Shown: positions 41,909 to 53,422, numbered from the stretch's first letter. The stretch: DNA of 64,000 bases from an uncultured Planctomycetaceae bacterium (GCA_963833985.1 CAWIAD010000002.1:4544001-4608000); one strand, 5' to 3'. The notes: generated by a model from the letters alone, not told the origin. Translations and numbers: made by a program.

Positions 41909-42271
41909 ATGCTTCCCGCAGGCCAGCGTGACTACAGTTCGATCCGCCTCTCGCGGCATGCGCTGGAGCGGTTCGTGGAGCGGTTCGGTGTCGAGCCCGA
42001 AGCGGCCGCCGATCAGCTCCGCGGCACGCTGGCGCGGACACGCCGCCTGGGCCGGAATCCCGAGACGGGCGCCATCGCCGTTCTTGCCGTCTGCGCCGGC
42101 CGCGCCCTGGTGGCCATCTTGCAGGACTCAAGCTGCCTGACCGTCCTGACCTGGAACCAGTTTGTCCCCCGCCTCCCCGAGTTCGGCCGCAGCAAGATGC
42201 CCCGCAAGTGGGGCCGGATGCTCGGCCGGCTCGTCGCCGGGCCGGAGGCCGATCTCCCGCGCGAGCCCTGA
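41909..42271 (+). CDS. Small protein with an SRHALERF motif (DUF4258/RelE-like fold possible)
   Basis: GGAGGAG RBS; IRLSRHALERFVERF...CLTVLT. Confidence 0.6.
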   Translation: MLPAGQRDYSSIRLSRHALERFVERFGVEPEAAADQLRGTLARTRRLGRNPETGAIAVLAVCAGRALVAILQDSSCLTVLTWNQFVPRLPEFGRSKMPRKWGRMLGRLVAGPEADLPREP

Positions 42272-42462
42272 ATCGCGCAACAAGTGGTCGGGCCGTGATC
42301 CCGCGCCAGGCCACGAACCAGGCCGTGCAGGACCGGGCGGACGGGAATCGGTCGATCGCCGGGTTGGATTTCGGGCCGAACACGGCCATAATGCCGCTAC
42401 TTCCACTCAAAGCACGTTCTCGCTTCCGCCCCGTCCCAGAGCCCCTTGCAGGAGAAAACCGG

Positions 42463-43567
42463 ATGCCGAGGAACTGGACCCTTCTGGCCGCCCTGGCGCT
42501 GGCCGCATCGATTGCGTACACCGTGCCCGCCCGGGCCGGAGATCCGAGCGCGAGCCTGAAACAAGGCCATCCCGAGATCAGGTCGGCCGGGCCGCTCGGC
42601 TTCGGCCCCGACGGAATTCTTTTCGTGGGTGACACCCGAGGGTCAGCTCTCTACGCCATCGACACCGGCGACCGAGCCGCGGCCGCCCGCAAGCAGGCGC
42701 TGCACGTCAAGGACCTGGCCGCGATGGTGGCCGGCATGCTCGGCACCAGGCCTGACCAGGTCATGATCAACGATCTGGCGATCAATCCCCTCTCCGGCAG
42801 CGCGTATCTCTCCGTGGCGCGCGGCCGGGGCCCTGACGCCGCACCCGTGCTGCTCCGCGTCGCCGGCGACGGCAAGCTGGAGGAAGTGGCCCTGGACAAC
42901 GTCCGCTACGCCCGCGCCGAGATCCCGAATACGCCGGATGCGAAGCAGAACGGTCCATCGCTGCGCAACGAGTCGATCACCGACATCGCCTATGTCGACG
43001 GCCGCGTCTTCATCGCGGGGCTCTCGAACGAGGAGTTCTCCTCGCGGCTGATCGCCATCCCCTTCCCGTTCAGCGAGGGGTTCGACGGCGCGGCCATCGA
43101 GATCTACCACGGCGCCCATGGCCGGTTCGAGACCAAGTCGCCCGTGCGCACCTTCGTACCCTACCGGATTGGCAACGACCCGTACCTGCTGGCCGCCTAC
43201 ACCTGCACGCCGCTGGTGAAGGTGCCGGTCGCCGAGCTGAAGGCTGGCGCCCACGTGAAGGGGACCACCATCGCGGAGCTGGGCAACCGCAATCGCCCGC
43301 TGGATATGATTCCCTACACCCGGGACGGGCGCAACTACCTGCTGCTGGCCAACAGCAGCCGGGGCGTGATGAAGATCCCCACCGAGAACGCGGGCAGCGC
43401 GGCTGGCATCACCCAGCCGGTTCAAGGCACCCGGGGCATCGCTTACGAGACGATCTCCGGCCTCAAGGGCGTGGTGCAGATGGACAAGCTTGACGACAGC
43501 CGCGCCGTGATCCTGACTCAGGACACCGGCGGAGCGCTCGAATCTCGAGACCATCGAGCTGCCGTGA
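42463..43567 (+). CDS. Secreted beta-propeller-like hypothetical protein (probable extra base at ~43540; true end ...NLETIELP)
   Basis: AGGAG RBS, signal ...VPARA; SAGPLGFGPDGILFVGD, INDLAINPLSG, GLSNEEFSS, IYHGAHGRFET, AYTCTPLV. Confidence 0.8.
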
Positions 43568-43635
43568 TCGATTGATGGGTTGCGGGCGGGACGAACCTCC
43601 GGGAGTCTTCGATCTGGAGACGGGCGGATGCTGCC

Positions 43636-44878
43636 TTGCCGAACCTGCGCGCAGCGGGACTCCCGGTGCTCTTGCTCCTCGCGGCGTTGCCGGCGATCTC
43701 TGGAGCCGACGATCCGCGCCGGCAACCTGAAATCCGCGTGCAGATGGATTGTCCGGCCCGCCTGATCCAGGTCGACGGGCTGGCTTCCTCCGCCCTGGCC
43801 AGGGTGCAAGCGGCTGCCGATGCGGCTCGACTCTGGCCCACGCTCTGCCGCGTCCACGTCGTCTCCGACCCGGCCCGGTTTGATCCCGCGGGCCGGCCCC
43901 TCCAGGGATCGTACCGCGTTGAGGGATCGACGCTCCGTTTCGTCGCGCGGTTTCCGCTGGATCAGCAGCGGTACCGGGTGAGCATCGACGCATCACTCCT
44001 GGAGGGGCACACCTCGCGCCAGGGCGACCTTTCGATCGAGATCAACGTTCCTGAAACCGCCTCGAAAGCCGCTCCGGCGGCCGCCGTGTCCGCAGTCTTC
44101 CCGTCCGCGGAGATTCTCCCGGAGAACCTGCTCCGCTTTTACATCCACTTCTCCGCGCCGATGAGCCGGGGTGAGGCGTACCGCCATCTCCGCCTGGTCG
44201 ATGATTCAGGGCGGCCGGTCGCCGATCCCTTCCTCGAGCTTGACGAGGAGCTCTGGTCGGGCGACAGCCGGAGGTTCACCTTGCTGCTCGATCCGGGGCG
44301 CATCGAGCGCGGGCTGAAACCGAGGGAGGACGTCGGCCCCATCCTGGTTCAGGGCAAGTCGTACGCTCTGATCGTCGACCGCGGCTGGCCCGATGCCACG
44401 GGCCGGCCCCTCGACCAGGACTACCGTTGCGCGTTCCGCGCCGGGCCTGCTGACGAGACATCCCCGATGCCGCGTGCCTGGCAGGTTGTCATGCCGCCGG
44501 CTGGCAGCCGCACGGCGCTGGAAATTGACTTCCATGAGCCGCTCGATAGCGCCCTGGCGCGGCGATTGATCCGGGTCGAGGACAGCCGCGGCCGGGCAGT
44601 CTCCGGTCGTGTGGAGCTGGCCGGCAGTGAATCGCGGTGGCTGTTCCGGCCCGAGCTCCCCTGGCAGGAAGGTGCGCACTCGATCGTCGTCGACGCCGAC
44701 CTGGAAGACGTCGCCGGCAACTCGGTGGCCCGCCCGTTCGAGGTCGATCGCACCGAGCCGATCTCGGGGCGGATCGAGGAGCATGTCGTGCGCATCCCGT
44801 TTTGCCTCGCGGGACCGGTCCGTGAGGCAAAAAGTCGCCGGGGCCGCCGTCACCCCTACGAGGCCAAACCCTCCATGA
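43636..44878 (+). CDS. Secreted Ig-like-domain protein, partner of the upstream gene (3' end uncertain, ~44825-44878)
   Basis: Signal peptide; FPSAEILPENLLRFYIHFSAPMSRG, ELWSGDSRRFTLLLDPGRI, FHEPLD, LEDVAGNS. The ORF-track extension to 46332 is antisense to der. Confidence 0.7.
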
Positions 44879-44931
44879 CCCGCAGTCCGATGAGCGGCCC
44901 CTGCTGGCAGGCACGGTGGTCCGCGCGACCT

Positions 44932-46441
44932 TTAGCTGTCCATGTCCGAGAGCAGTTCGTTGACCTCGCGGTCCAGGAAACGCATGTTCTCCGTGCCGTT
45001 GCCGGCGGACGAGCCGGGATAGGCCGCGGTGGAATCCTCGAACTCCTCGACTCCATCGGCCTCGCGGGCGGATTTGTCGCCGCGGCTGCCAGGCTCGGTC
45101 TGCTTGCGGGCACGGAGGTAGAGCTTCACGGGGATATCGCGGAACGGCAGCTTTTCACGGAAGACGTTCAGCAGGTAGCGCTGATAGGTCGGGTCAAAGA
45201 GCCGCGTGCTGTTGACGAACAGAACGACGGTGGGCGGGTTGGTGCCCACCTGTGTGGCGTAATAGACGCGGGGGTTGCGGTTCTCGGCCATGGCCGGCGG
45301 GTGCGCCGTCACGGCCTCGCGGACCACGCGGTTCAGCGACCCGGTGCCCACGCGGCGGTTGGCCTGCTTGTAGAGCGACTGGGACAGGTTCAGCAGAGCC
45401 TTCACGTTCTTGCCGGTCTGCGCGGTGATGAAGGCCAGAGGCATGTAGCTCATGTTGCGGAAGGCATGCTGGACCACGTTGGCGAACCGCGCCATGTTCC
45501 CCTGCGAGGGGTCGTTCTGGTCGGTCAACATCAGGTCCCACTTGTTGATCGTGAAGATGCAGGGCTTGTATTCCTTGGCGATGTAGTCGGCCAGTTGCTT
45601 GTCAAGCCGGGTAATGCCCTGGGTGGGGTCAAGGAACAGGAGCACCACGTCCGCGCGGCGGATCGACCGTTCCGCCCGGTGGATGGAGTAGAAGTCGAGG
45701 CTGTCGCGGATCCTGGCCTTGCGCCGCACACCCGCGGTGTCGATGGCCAGGAACGGCAGGCCGTCAAGCTCGAAGTGCACGTCGACCGAGTCGCGCGTGG
45801 TGCCGGGACGCTCCGAGACGATCATCCGCTCGGCATTCGCCAGGGTGTTGATGAAGGTGGACTTCCCCGTGTTCGGCCGGCCCACCACGGCAATCTTCAT
45901 GACGGCCTCGGCGGGCCTGGGCTCTTCGCCGGCCGGCAGCATCTCGTCGATCAGCTTGAGCAGGGCCTTCCGGTTGCGGTTTTGCTGGCAGGAGACCGGA
46001 ATCGGTTTGCCCCGGCCGAGCTTGTAGAACTCGCCCCCGCGCTCGTCGATCCCCGGATAGTCGGCCTTGTTCATCACCAGAATGACGGGGGTCTTGAGAT
46101 AGCGCAGGCGCTGGGCGACCTCTTCATCCAGCGGCATCAGCTCGTCGCGAATGTCGACGACGAAGAGGATCAGGCTGGCCTCGTTCATGGCCGTATCGAT
46201 CTGCCGGTCGACGTCGTCGCTCAGATCATCGCGGTCGACCATGCCGATGCCGCCGGTATCGATGAGGCTCGAAGAAGCGCGGATTCTGGTCGTCACCCAC
46301 CTGCGCCAGTGCGCCCACCCGGTCGCGAGTGACGCCGGCCTGGTCATCAACGATGGAGATCCTGCGGCCGGCCAGCCAGTTCAGCAGCGACGACTTGCCG
46401 ACGTTGGGCCGGCCCACGATCACGACCTTGGGCAAAGCCAT
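44932..46441 (-). CDS. der: Ribosome biogenesis GTPase Der/EngA (extra base at ~46267)
   Basis: Two G domains (GRPNVGKS...DTGG...NKAD and GRPNTGKS...DTAG...NKWD) and a KH-like C-terminus [12 protein letters not shown]. Confidence 0.96.
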
Positions 46442-46722
46442 GGCTCAGTCCTCAACATCAGGGGCCATCTTGGGTTGGCGGATCCGGCGGCGGGTGAAAA
46501 ACGGTGCAAGCTTGCAGTCCGGCCCCGGGAGGTGCCGCCGGCAGCGCCGACAGCAAGCCCCAGGAAACAGTCGGAAGCCGATTCAGCCTTACGTCTAGCA
46601 AACTTGTCATATTATACGTTCGGCGGCGAGTTTTGGGCAGACCGCCGGGGTGCATGCCCTCTCAGCAGGCTCAGCCCGGCTGGATGATGGCATCCTGGCC
46701 TGGTCCCCCACGGAATCACGCG

Positions 46723-47244
46723 ATGCAACGATCCGGACAGGGCCGCGACGTCAACGTGCTCGACGGCATTGCCCTGGTGATGGGCTCGGCCATCGCATCG
46801 GTTCACATGCTGCGGGTGATCCGCAGCGGGCTGTCGCCGGCTGGCTGGGTGATGGTGGCCCTGACCTTCTGCTGCGTGGCGCTGACGGCCGCCGGCCCAT
46901 TCATCTTCCTGGCCCGGCGGTACTCGAGCCGGCCGCCCGGGTATCCCAAGGTGGGAGATTCACTCTGGGCCATCCTTGGTCTTCCCTGGGTGATCACCGC
47001 CGTGATCGAGTCGGTGGTGCCAGGCGAAGATCCACGTCACAACCCGCTCTTCGCGACGACCCTCGTCGTCGGGCTGGGGATCTCTTGCCTGGTCGCGCTG
47101 ACCGTCGTCTGGGGTACCTGGGTGATGGTTTCCCCCGAGCAGGCCGCACGGGCGGATTCGGCCCCCTGGACCAACCGCGTGGGCTATCTCCTGTCGATTG
47201 CCTGGCCGGTCCAGTGTGGTCTGGGCCTGGTCGTTCTGAGTTGA
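46723..47244 (+). CDS. Small polytopic membrane protein
   Basis: 4-5 hydrophobic segments; VNVLDG..., APWTNRVG...AWP. Confidence 0.7.
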   Translation: MQRSGQGRDVNVLDGIALVMGSAIASVHMLRVIRSGLSPAGWVMVALTFCCVALTAAGPFIFLARRYSSRPPGYPKVGDSLWAILGLPWVITAVIESVVPGEDPRHNPLFATTLVVGLGISCLVALTVVWGTWVMVSPEQAARADSAPWTNRVGYLLSIAWPVQCGLGLVVLS

Positions 47245-47331
47245 GCCGGAGTTCCGGCTGCCCGTTGCGGCCGCGCTGATCGTACAATCTCATGGCCAGG
47301 GAAAGGATCGACCGGTCGGGTGGCCCAGCTC

Positions 47332-47963
47332 ATGAACGCAGATTCGCCGCGAATGCCGCAGTTCCGGATCCAGCTTCTGGATGCGGCCGCGATGGTCGTC
47401 GGTTACGGCCTGGCGGCGGTCCTGTTTCGCGCATTCTGGCCGCAGAGCGGCGTGTCTCCGGGCCAGGGGCTCTTCGCCATGGGCTTTTACGCGTGGCTGG
47501 GCCTGGCGATGAGCGGACCGCTCTTGCTCCTGCGCCGCGGTCCTGGGGGACGCCCCGGCGATGCGGAATCGGTCGAGCCAGCGCCGGCCGCGGCCCGGCC
47601 GCGACATCGGCAGGGACGCTGGCACGGAGTGACTCCGCGCATCGGGCAAGCAGCCCCGGCGCGGCACGGGCGTTTCAGCGCGCCACCTGGGCCGAGATCG
47701 CCTGGCTGCTCATCGGGGTTTACTGGATCGTGATGGGCGTCTTCATCCTGCCGGTGCGGCTGCACAGCTTTCGCCTCAGCGACACGCTCCTCTTCGGCCT
47801 CGTGCCGCTCGGTGCGGGACTGGTCTTGCGGCTCTTCGGGCCGCCGGCCGGTTCCCGGGGCGAGGCTGGCGTGCCGTGGACCCACCACGTGGCTGTGGGA
47901 TTGCTCTGGAGCTGGCCACTGGCCTGGATTTGCCTGATCGCCATGGCTGAGGCCATGCTCTGA
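47332..47963 (+). CDS. Small polytopic membrane protein resembling the upstream gene (frameshift at ~47598)
   Basis: IQLLDA..., MSGPLLLL, TWAEIAWLLIG, VPWTHHVA...SWP. Joins ORFs 47320..47733 and 47292..47963. Confidence 0.65.
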
Positions 47964-48028
47964 TGTGCCTGCCGCGATGCGGCAGCGGCGCGGGGCGGTT
48001 GGTCCGGAGCCGGGGAACAGTGGGGCGC

Positions 48029-48250
48029 TCAGGCCGCGTTCGACGTGCCCGCGGGGACGACGAGCGTCATGCCGAGCAAGACGATCCGCAGGGCCTCGCG
48101 CTCCTCGGCGGTGATCCGTCCGCCGATGAGCAACTCGTCGATGTCTTCGAGACACTGCTCGATTGCCTCGTCAATACCCGGGTAGTAGGCGTGGCGGGCA
48201 ATTCGCTCGACGGACGTGACCAGGCGATCGAAGTAGCTGGAGCTGTTCAT
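48029..48250 (-). CDS. Small acidic helical hypothetical protein (73 aa)
   Basis: GAGGA RBS then ATG; YFDRLVTSVERIARHAYYPGIDEAIEQCLEDIDELL. Confidence 0.65.
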   Translation of the reverse strand: MNSSSYFDRLVTSVERIARHAYYPGIDEAIEQCLEDIDELLIGGRITAEEREALRIVLLGMTLVVPAGTSNAA

Positions 48251-48369
48251 CGCGGTTTCCTCGTCCCTGAGAAAAAAGCAGCTCTTCCCTCAATCGCGGA
48301 TGCTACGCGTTTCTGCGCGGATGTCAAGCCACCCCCGCAATTTTGGCCATGCCCGCATGGGCGGACCGG

Positions 48370-48450
48370 CTCCCTGAGGAGTCGGTCGGCCAGTCGCATG
48401 CCGCTTCCCTGAGAGTCTATCGGCCAGTCGCATGCCGCTTCCTTGAGGAC
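48370..48450. repeat. Intergenic 34-bp tandem repeat (~2.4 copies)
   Basis: TCGGCCAGTCGCATGCCGCTTCC is identical at 48386-48408 and 48420-48442, and TCC(C/T)TGAG occurs three times. Confidence 0.85.
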
Positions 48451-48618
48451 ACGGCGCCATGAGAATCAACAATTTGACGGTCTGAGTGAACGGACGGTGC
48501 GTCCGCTGCCTGTACCCGGCAGCAGAAGCGCGGGACACGGCCTGCACGCCAGTCCTGGTGCACCGCGGCGGAGCAACCGCCCGGATTGGCTCCGCCCGGT
48601 CGTTCGGGCCCAGGGCGA

Positions 48619-50507
48619 TCAGCCCCGGGCGGCCTCGTCTTTCTTGGCCTCGTCGGGCGGAATCCAGTCCGGCTTGAGCCCGGCCTGCTGACGCAGCCAG
48701 GCCATCCACTCTTCGTCCTGGCGTTTCGCCGCCTCTTCACGGACCATGCTCTTGTAGCGGAACTCGTCGCTGTTGGCCGCTCCGTACAGGGCGCTGAAGG
48801 TCACCGGTTCGCGGCGATCCAGCGTCATGACGTAATAGGCGGTCTTCGGCTCGTTGGGTGCCACGCTCGGAGTACCGGCCTGGAGACCGAAGTAGGCATC
48901 GCGGAAGCGCTCACCGGCGTAAGGCACCCCGGGGATGGGCGTTTCCAGGGAGGAACCGGGTTCCATCATCGAATTCCCCATGAAGTTCGTTTGCGAGCGC
49001 GTGATGGCCGGGATGTGCAGCACGTGGTAGCGATCCACGGTCGCATCGTTGGCGGCCGCGGGCTTGGCCTTGAGCCGGGCCGCCAGCTCCTCGGCCGCTT
49101 TTTCGGCCAGGGGACGGGCCTTGGCCATCTTCCAGGCAACAATGACCTCGGACCGTACCTGGTCAAGCGGCGGGACGTGGGGCGGATCGTCCTTGACCTT
49201 GCGGACGAGGAAGCGCGTGCCCAGGACGTCGGTCAGCTCGACAGGCTCGTAGAGCCCGGTCTTGGGGTCGAGCATCTCGTCGATGAACTTGCGGCCTCCG
49301 GAGAGCGGGGTGAGGCCGACCTCGGCGGTGGAGATCTGCCCCAGCCGCTCGAGCTCGAGGCGCGAGAGAGCGCCGTCTTCTCGTAATTCATGCTCTCGCG
49401 GTCGGCGACAGCCTTGAGGTCCTGGGGTGTGGGAAGGGCCGTCTTGGCGGCGCTCCCCTGCTTCTTGGCCTCTTCCTGGTCGTCGAGGGCCGAGAGGTAC
49501 TTGTCGGCGAACGGAATCATTTCCGATTCCTTGACCTGCGTGAATTTGTCGACGATCAGGGCCTGGGCCTTCTCCTCGGCGAGCCGGGGCGCCAGCAGCT
49601 CGCGGACGTCGGCGAAGCCCTGCACCACCGGCGGCGTCAGCTCGGGCTGCCCGCCGAAGAGGTCGACGGGGAATTCCGAGGGGACCTCGAACTCGGTCTT
49701 GTGATTCTCGTAATAGGCCCGGAGCTCCGCCTCCGTGGCCTTGTCGCGCAGGCCTCGGACCATGGCGTTGCCATCGACCGAGAGGATCTCGAGCTGGATG
49801 CGCCGGGGCACCTTGAACCCGGGCGTCTCGCGCTGGGGGTCGGGCAGAACATCCTTGTACTGGTCGTACAGGCTTTGAACCTCGCTGGCGGTCGGCTCGG
49901 CGACCCCGGAGAGGAACGACTCCACCGGAAGCTCAACCGCCCTGGCGCTGACGCGTTCATTCTGGTCGCGGAACGTGCGATAAACGTCATAGGGGGTGAC
50001 GATGGGGTAACCGAGCAGCATGCGGACCTTGCGCAGCCGGACCTGGTTGGCGATGTCCGTGAGCAGGTGCTCCTCGCTGACATCGTTGCTGAAGCGGCTG
50101 AAGAGCAGGCTGAACATCTCGCCGTTCATCCGGCCGCCGGTGATCTGCTTCAGCCATTCCCGGCCGATCTCTGGCGTGGCCGGAATGTTCAGACGGTCGG
50201 CCTCGTGCTGGAGGATCGTGGCGTCGACCAGGTCGCGCTGCTTGAGGCCGCCGAAGAGCTCGCGCGGCAGGTACGGGCTGATGCTCGAGACGAATATGTT
50301 GGCGCGGTTGCGCTGCCGCGCCAGCTCGTCGAGCTGGCTGCGGTAGACGGCCTTGCCGTAGAGCTCGGCGACCTTCTGGTCCCGCGCGTTGACGTTCGCG
50401 TTGAGCAGCCGGGGCAAGCTGTCGGAGACGACAAATCCGAACATCGCCATGATGCCACAAACGGCCAGCAAGCTGCGCTGGTGGCGACGAAATATCTCAA
50501 ACGGCAT
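48619..50507 (-). CDS. SurA/PpiD-like membrane-anchored periplasmic chaperone (frameshift at ~49368)
   Basis: MPFEIFRRHQRSLLAVCGIMAMFGFVV anchor, ILQHEADRLNI, EAELRAYYENHK, PLDQVRSEVIVAWK, EWMAWLRQQA. Confidence 0.7.
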
Positions 50508-50757
50508 GAGCTTCCTCGATGCTAGCAAAACAGGCCGTGGGAGTAGTGGCTACATGCACCCCCCTCTTGACACGCGCCGATACCCTAGCTATGTCGCTAT
50601 TGAGGCAGGATGCGGATTCAAACCTTGGCCGGCCCAGAGTCATCGTACCAGGATTTCTTCCCAGGGCAATCTCATTGGCCGCCAGGCCCGCATTCTCACG
50701 GGTCGAGATGGATCGACCTAACCATTGGAAATGGAAGAGGATAGGCAGGAAGGCACC

Positions 50758-53409
50758 GTGGCAAGAAAGTCGCCAGCAGCATCCAGCGGAGGCAACGGAA
50801 CCCCGGCCAAGGGCGCCCCTCGGAAGCGCTCGACGAAGGGCTCGTCGGCACGCTCGTCCAGCAGCTCGGGATCCAAGACCGCATCGGCCGGGGCGTCCCC
50901 ACGTGGGAGCGGCGGCCATTCTTTGGTGATTGTCGAAAGTCCCAAGAAGGCTCGTTCGATCAACAAGTTCCTGGGCCCGAACTACGTGGTCAAGGCGAGC
51001 ATGGGGCACGTCCGCGACCTTCCCAAGCGGAAGCTGGGCCTGAACGTGAGCGACGGTTACGCCCCGTCGTACGAGATCGTTCCGGCCAAGAAGGAAACCG
51101 TGGGCGACCTGAAGCGGGAAGCCGCGCGGGCCGACCTGGTCTACCTCGCCACCGACCCGGACCGCGAGGGCGAGGCCATCGCCTGGCACCTTCAGCAGGC
51201 GCTCGAGCTAGACGACGAGCGGGTGCGCAGGGTCACCTTCCATGAGATCACCGAGCGGGCCGTCAAGGACGCCTTCGGACACGTCGGCCCGGTCAACATG
51301 GATATGGTCAACGCGCAGCAGGCCCGCCGGTTCCTGGACCGGTTCGTGGGCTACCAGCTCAGCCCCCTGCTCTGGAGCAAGGTGGCCCGGAACCTGAGCG
51401 CGGGACGGGTGCAGTCGGTCGCCGTCCGGCTCATCGTCGACCGCGAACGGGAGATCCGCGCATTCGTCACCGAGGAATTCTGGAAGATCACCGCGACCGT
51501 GAGCCCCGCCGGGGTCACTGCCGAGACCGACCGCTTCCAGGCGGCGCTGGCCGAGCTCGCCGGCGAGAAATTCGCGGCGAGCGCCGAGGAGAACGCCCGC
51601 GCCATCCGCGATGAGCTGGCTTCGGCCTCCTACACCGTGTCGCGAGTTGACGAGGCCGAGAAGCCGCAGAAGGCCGATGCTCCGTTCAAGACCAGCACGC
51701 TCCAGCAGCAGGCGGCCATCCGGCTGAGGTTCTCCAGCAAGAAAACCATGAAGATCGCCCAGGAGCTGTACGAGGGCATCGACGTCGACGGGTCCGGGCC
51801 GGTCGGGCTGATCACCTACATGCGAACCGACAGCCTGCGGGTTTCCGAAGAAGCCATGCAGGCGGTGCGCGACCTGATCGGCAGCCAGTTCGGCGAGAAA
51901 TACCTGCCTTCCAGGCCGATCCGCTACGCGGCCGGCAAGAACGCCCAGGAGGCGCACGAAGCGATCCGCCCCACCGAGCTGAAGTTCGCCCCCGAGACGA
52001 TCAAGGGCCGCCTCAGCCACGACCAGTTCCGGCTCTACCAGCTCATCTACGCGCGGTTCCTGGCCAGCCAGATGGCCCCCGCCGTCTTCACGGTGACCGA
52101 CGTCGCCATCACCGCCGGCCGGGGCCTGTTCAAGGCGCAGGGCAAGGTGATGAAGTTCGACGGCCATCGCAGGGTCTGGCCGCCGGGCGGCAAGATGGAG
52201 GACGAGCTGCTGCCCGCCCTGAGCGTTGGCCAGGTGCTCGACCTGCACGCGCTGGACGCCACCCAGCATTTCACCCAGCCGCCCCCGCGGTACAGCGAGG
52301 CCACGCTCATCAAGGCCCTGGAGAAGGAGAACATCGGCCGGCCCAGCACCTATGCCCCGATCATCCAGACCATCCAGGACAGGCTCTACGTGGAGCAGAA
52401 GGAGCGCCGGTTCCACGCCACCGACCTGGGCATGGTGGTGACCGACCTGCTGGTCAAGCATTTCCCCAAGATCCTTGACCTCAAATTCACGGCCCACATG
52501 GAGGACGAACTCGACGGCATCGCCACGGCCAAGGAAGACATGGTCAAGGTGCTGGACGAGTTCTATTACCCGTTCCAGGACGCCCTCAAGGCGGCCCAGG
52601 AGCAGATGGAGCGGGTGCTCATCCCCACCAGCGAGGTGTGCCACGTCTGCGCCGCGCCCATGGTGCTCAAGTTCGGCAAGACCGGCCAGTTCCTGGGCTG
52701 CTCGAAGTACCCCGACTGCAAGGCAACACGGCCGATCGGCGGCCAGCCCCGCGCCGAGGCCGTACCAAGCACGCACGCCTGCCCGAAGTGCAGCAAGCCG
52801 CTCCTGATCCGCGAAAACAAGCGGGGCGAGAAGTTCCTCTCCTGCTCGGGCTACCCCGAGTGCAAGGAGTCGTTCAATATCGACGAGCACGGCAACCCCG
52901 TGCCATCCCGGGTCGAGACCGAGCACGTATGCGAGAAGTGCGGCAAGCCCATGGCCTTACGGCAAGGAAAGCGCGGCCCGTTCCTGGGCTGCACCGGGTA
53001 TCCCAAGTGCCGCAGCGTGATGCCCGTCGATAGCGAGGGGAAGCCCCTGCCCACCGTGAAGATTGACGTCAAGTGCGAGAAGTGCGGCAAGCCCATGGCG
53101 GTGCGCCAGGGCAGGCGCGGCGCCTTCCTGGGCTGCACCGGGTATCCCAAGTGCCGCGGTACCGCACCGGTGCCCGACGAGCTCAAGGACCAGCTCGCCG
53201 AACTTGCCCCCGCGCCCGCGGCGACGAACGCGCCCGACATGAAAACCATCGAAGTCGCCGAGACCTGCGACGACTGCGGCAGCCCCATGGTCGTCCGCCG
53301 TGGCCGCCGTGGCTACTTCCTTGGCTGCTCCAAGTACCCCAAGTGCAAAGGAACCAAGGAGCCCAGCGAGGCGACGCAGGAGAAGATCAGCGCCGTCATG
53401 GGAGGCTGA
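50758..53409 (+). CDS. topA: DNA topoisomerase I (type IA) with five C-terminal zinc ribbons
   Basis: LVIVESPKKA, ATDPDREGEAIAWH, SAGRVQS, LITYMRTDS, AQEAHEAIRPT, IGRPSTY; five CxxC...FL(G/S)C..YP.C units. Confidence 0.97.
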   Translation: MARKSPAASSGGNGTPAKGAPRKRSTKGSSARSSSSSGSKTASAGASPRGSGGHSLVIVESPKKARSINKFLGPNYVVKASMGHVRDLPKRKLGLNVSDGYAPSYEIVPAKKETVGDLKREAARADLVYLATDPDREGEAIAWHLQQALELDDERVRRVTFHEITERAVKDAFGHVGPVNMDMVNAQQARRFLDRFVGYQLSPLLWSKVARNLSAGRVQSVAVRLIVDREREIRAFVTEEFWKITATVSPAGVTAETDRFQAALAELAGEKFAASAEENARAIRDELASASYTVSRVDEAEKPQKADAPFKTSTLQQQAAIRLRFSSKKTMKIAQELYEGIDVDGSGPVGLITYMRTDSLRVSEEAMQAVRDLIGSQFGEKYLPSRPIRYAAGKNAQEAHEAIRPTELKFAPETIKGRLSHDQFRLYQLIYARFLASQMAPAVFTVTDVAITAGRGLFKAQGKVMKFDGHRRVWPPGGKMEDELLPALSVGQVLDLHALDATQHFTQPPPRYSEATLIKALEKENIGRPSTYAPIIQTIQDRLYVEQKERRFHATDLGMVVTDLLVKHFPKILDLKFTAHMEDELDGIATAKEDMVKVLDEFYYPFQDALKAAQEQMERVLIPTSEVCHVCAAPMVLKFGKTGQFLGCSKYPDCKATRPIGGQPRAEAVPSTHACPKCSKPLLIRENKRGEKFLSCSGYPECKESFNIDEHGNPVPSRVETEHVCEKCGKPMALRQGKRGPFLGCTGYPKCRSVMPVDSEGKPLPTVKIDVKCEKCGKPMAVRQGRRGAFLGCTGYPKCRGTAPVPDELKDQLAELAPAPAATNAPDMKTIEVAETCDDCGSPMVVRRGRRGYFLGCSKYPKCKGTKEPSEATQEKISAVMGG

Positions 53410-53422
53410 TCCGCGCACCGTC

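Noticed and set aside
44880..46332. 898-aa ORF 43636..46332 taken at face value
   Set aside because: The distal half is the antisense shadow of der. The real protein most likely ends near 44825-44878.
48370..48450. Mini CRISPR array
   Set aside because: Only two repeats with an 11-nt intervening segment, and no cas genes.
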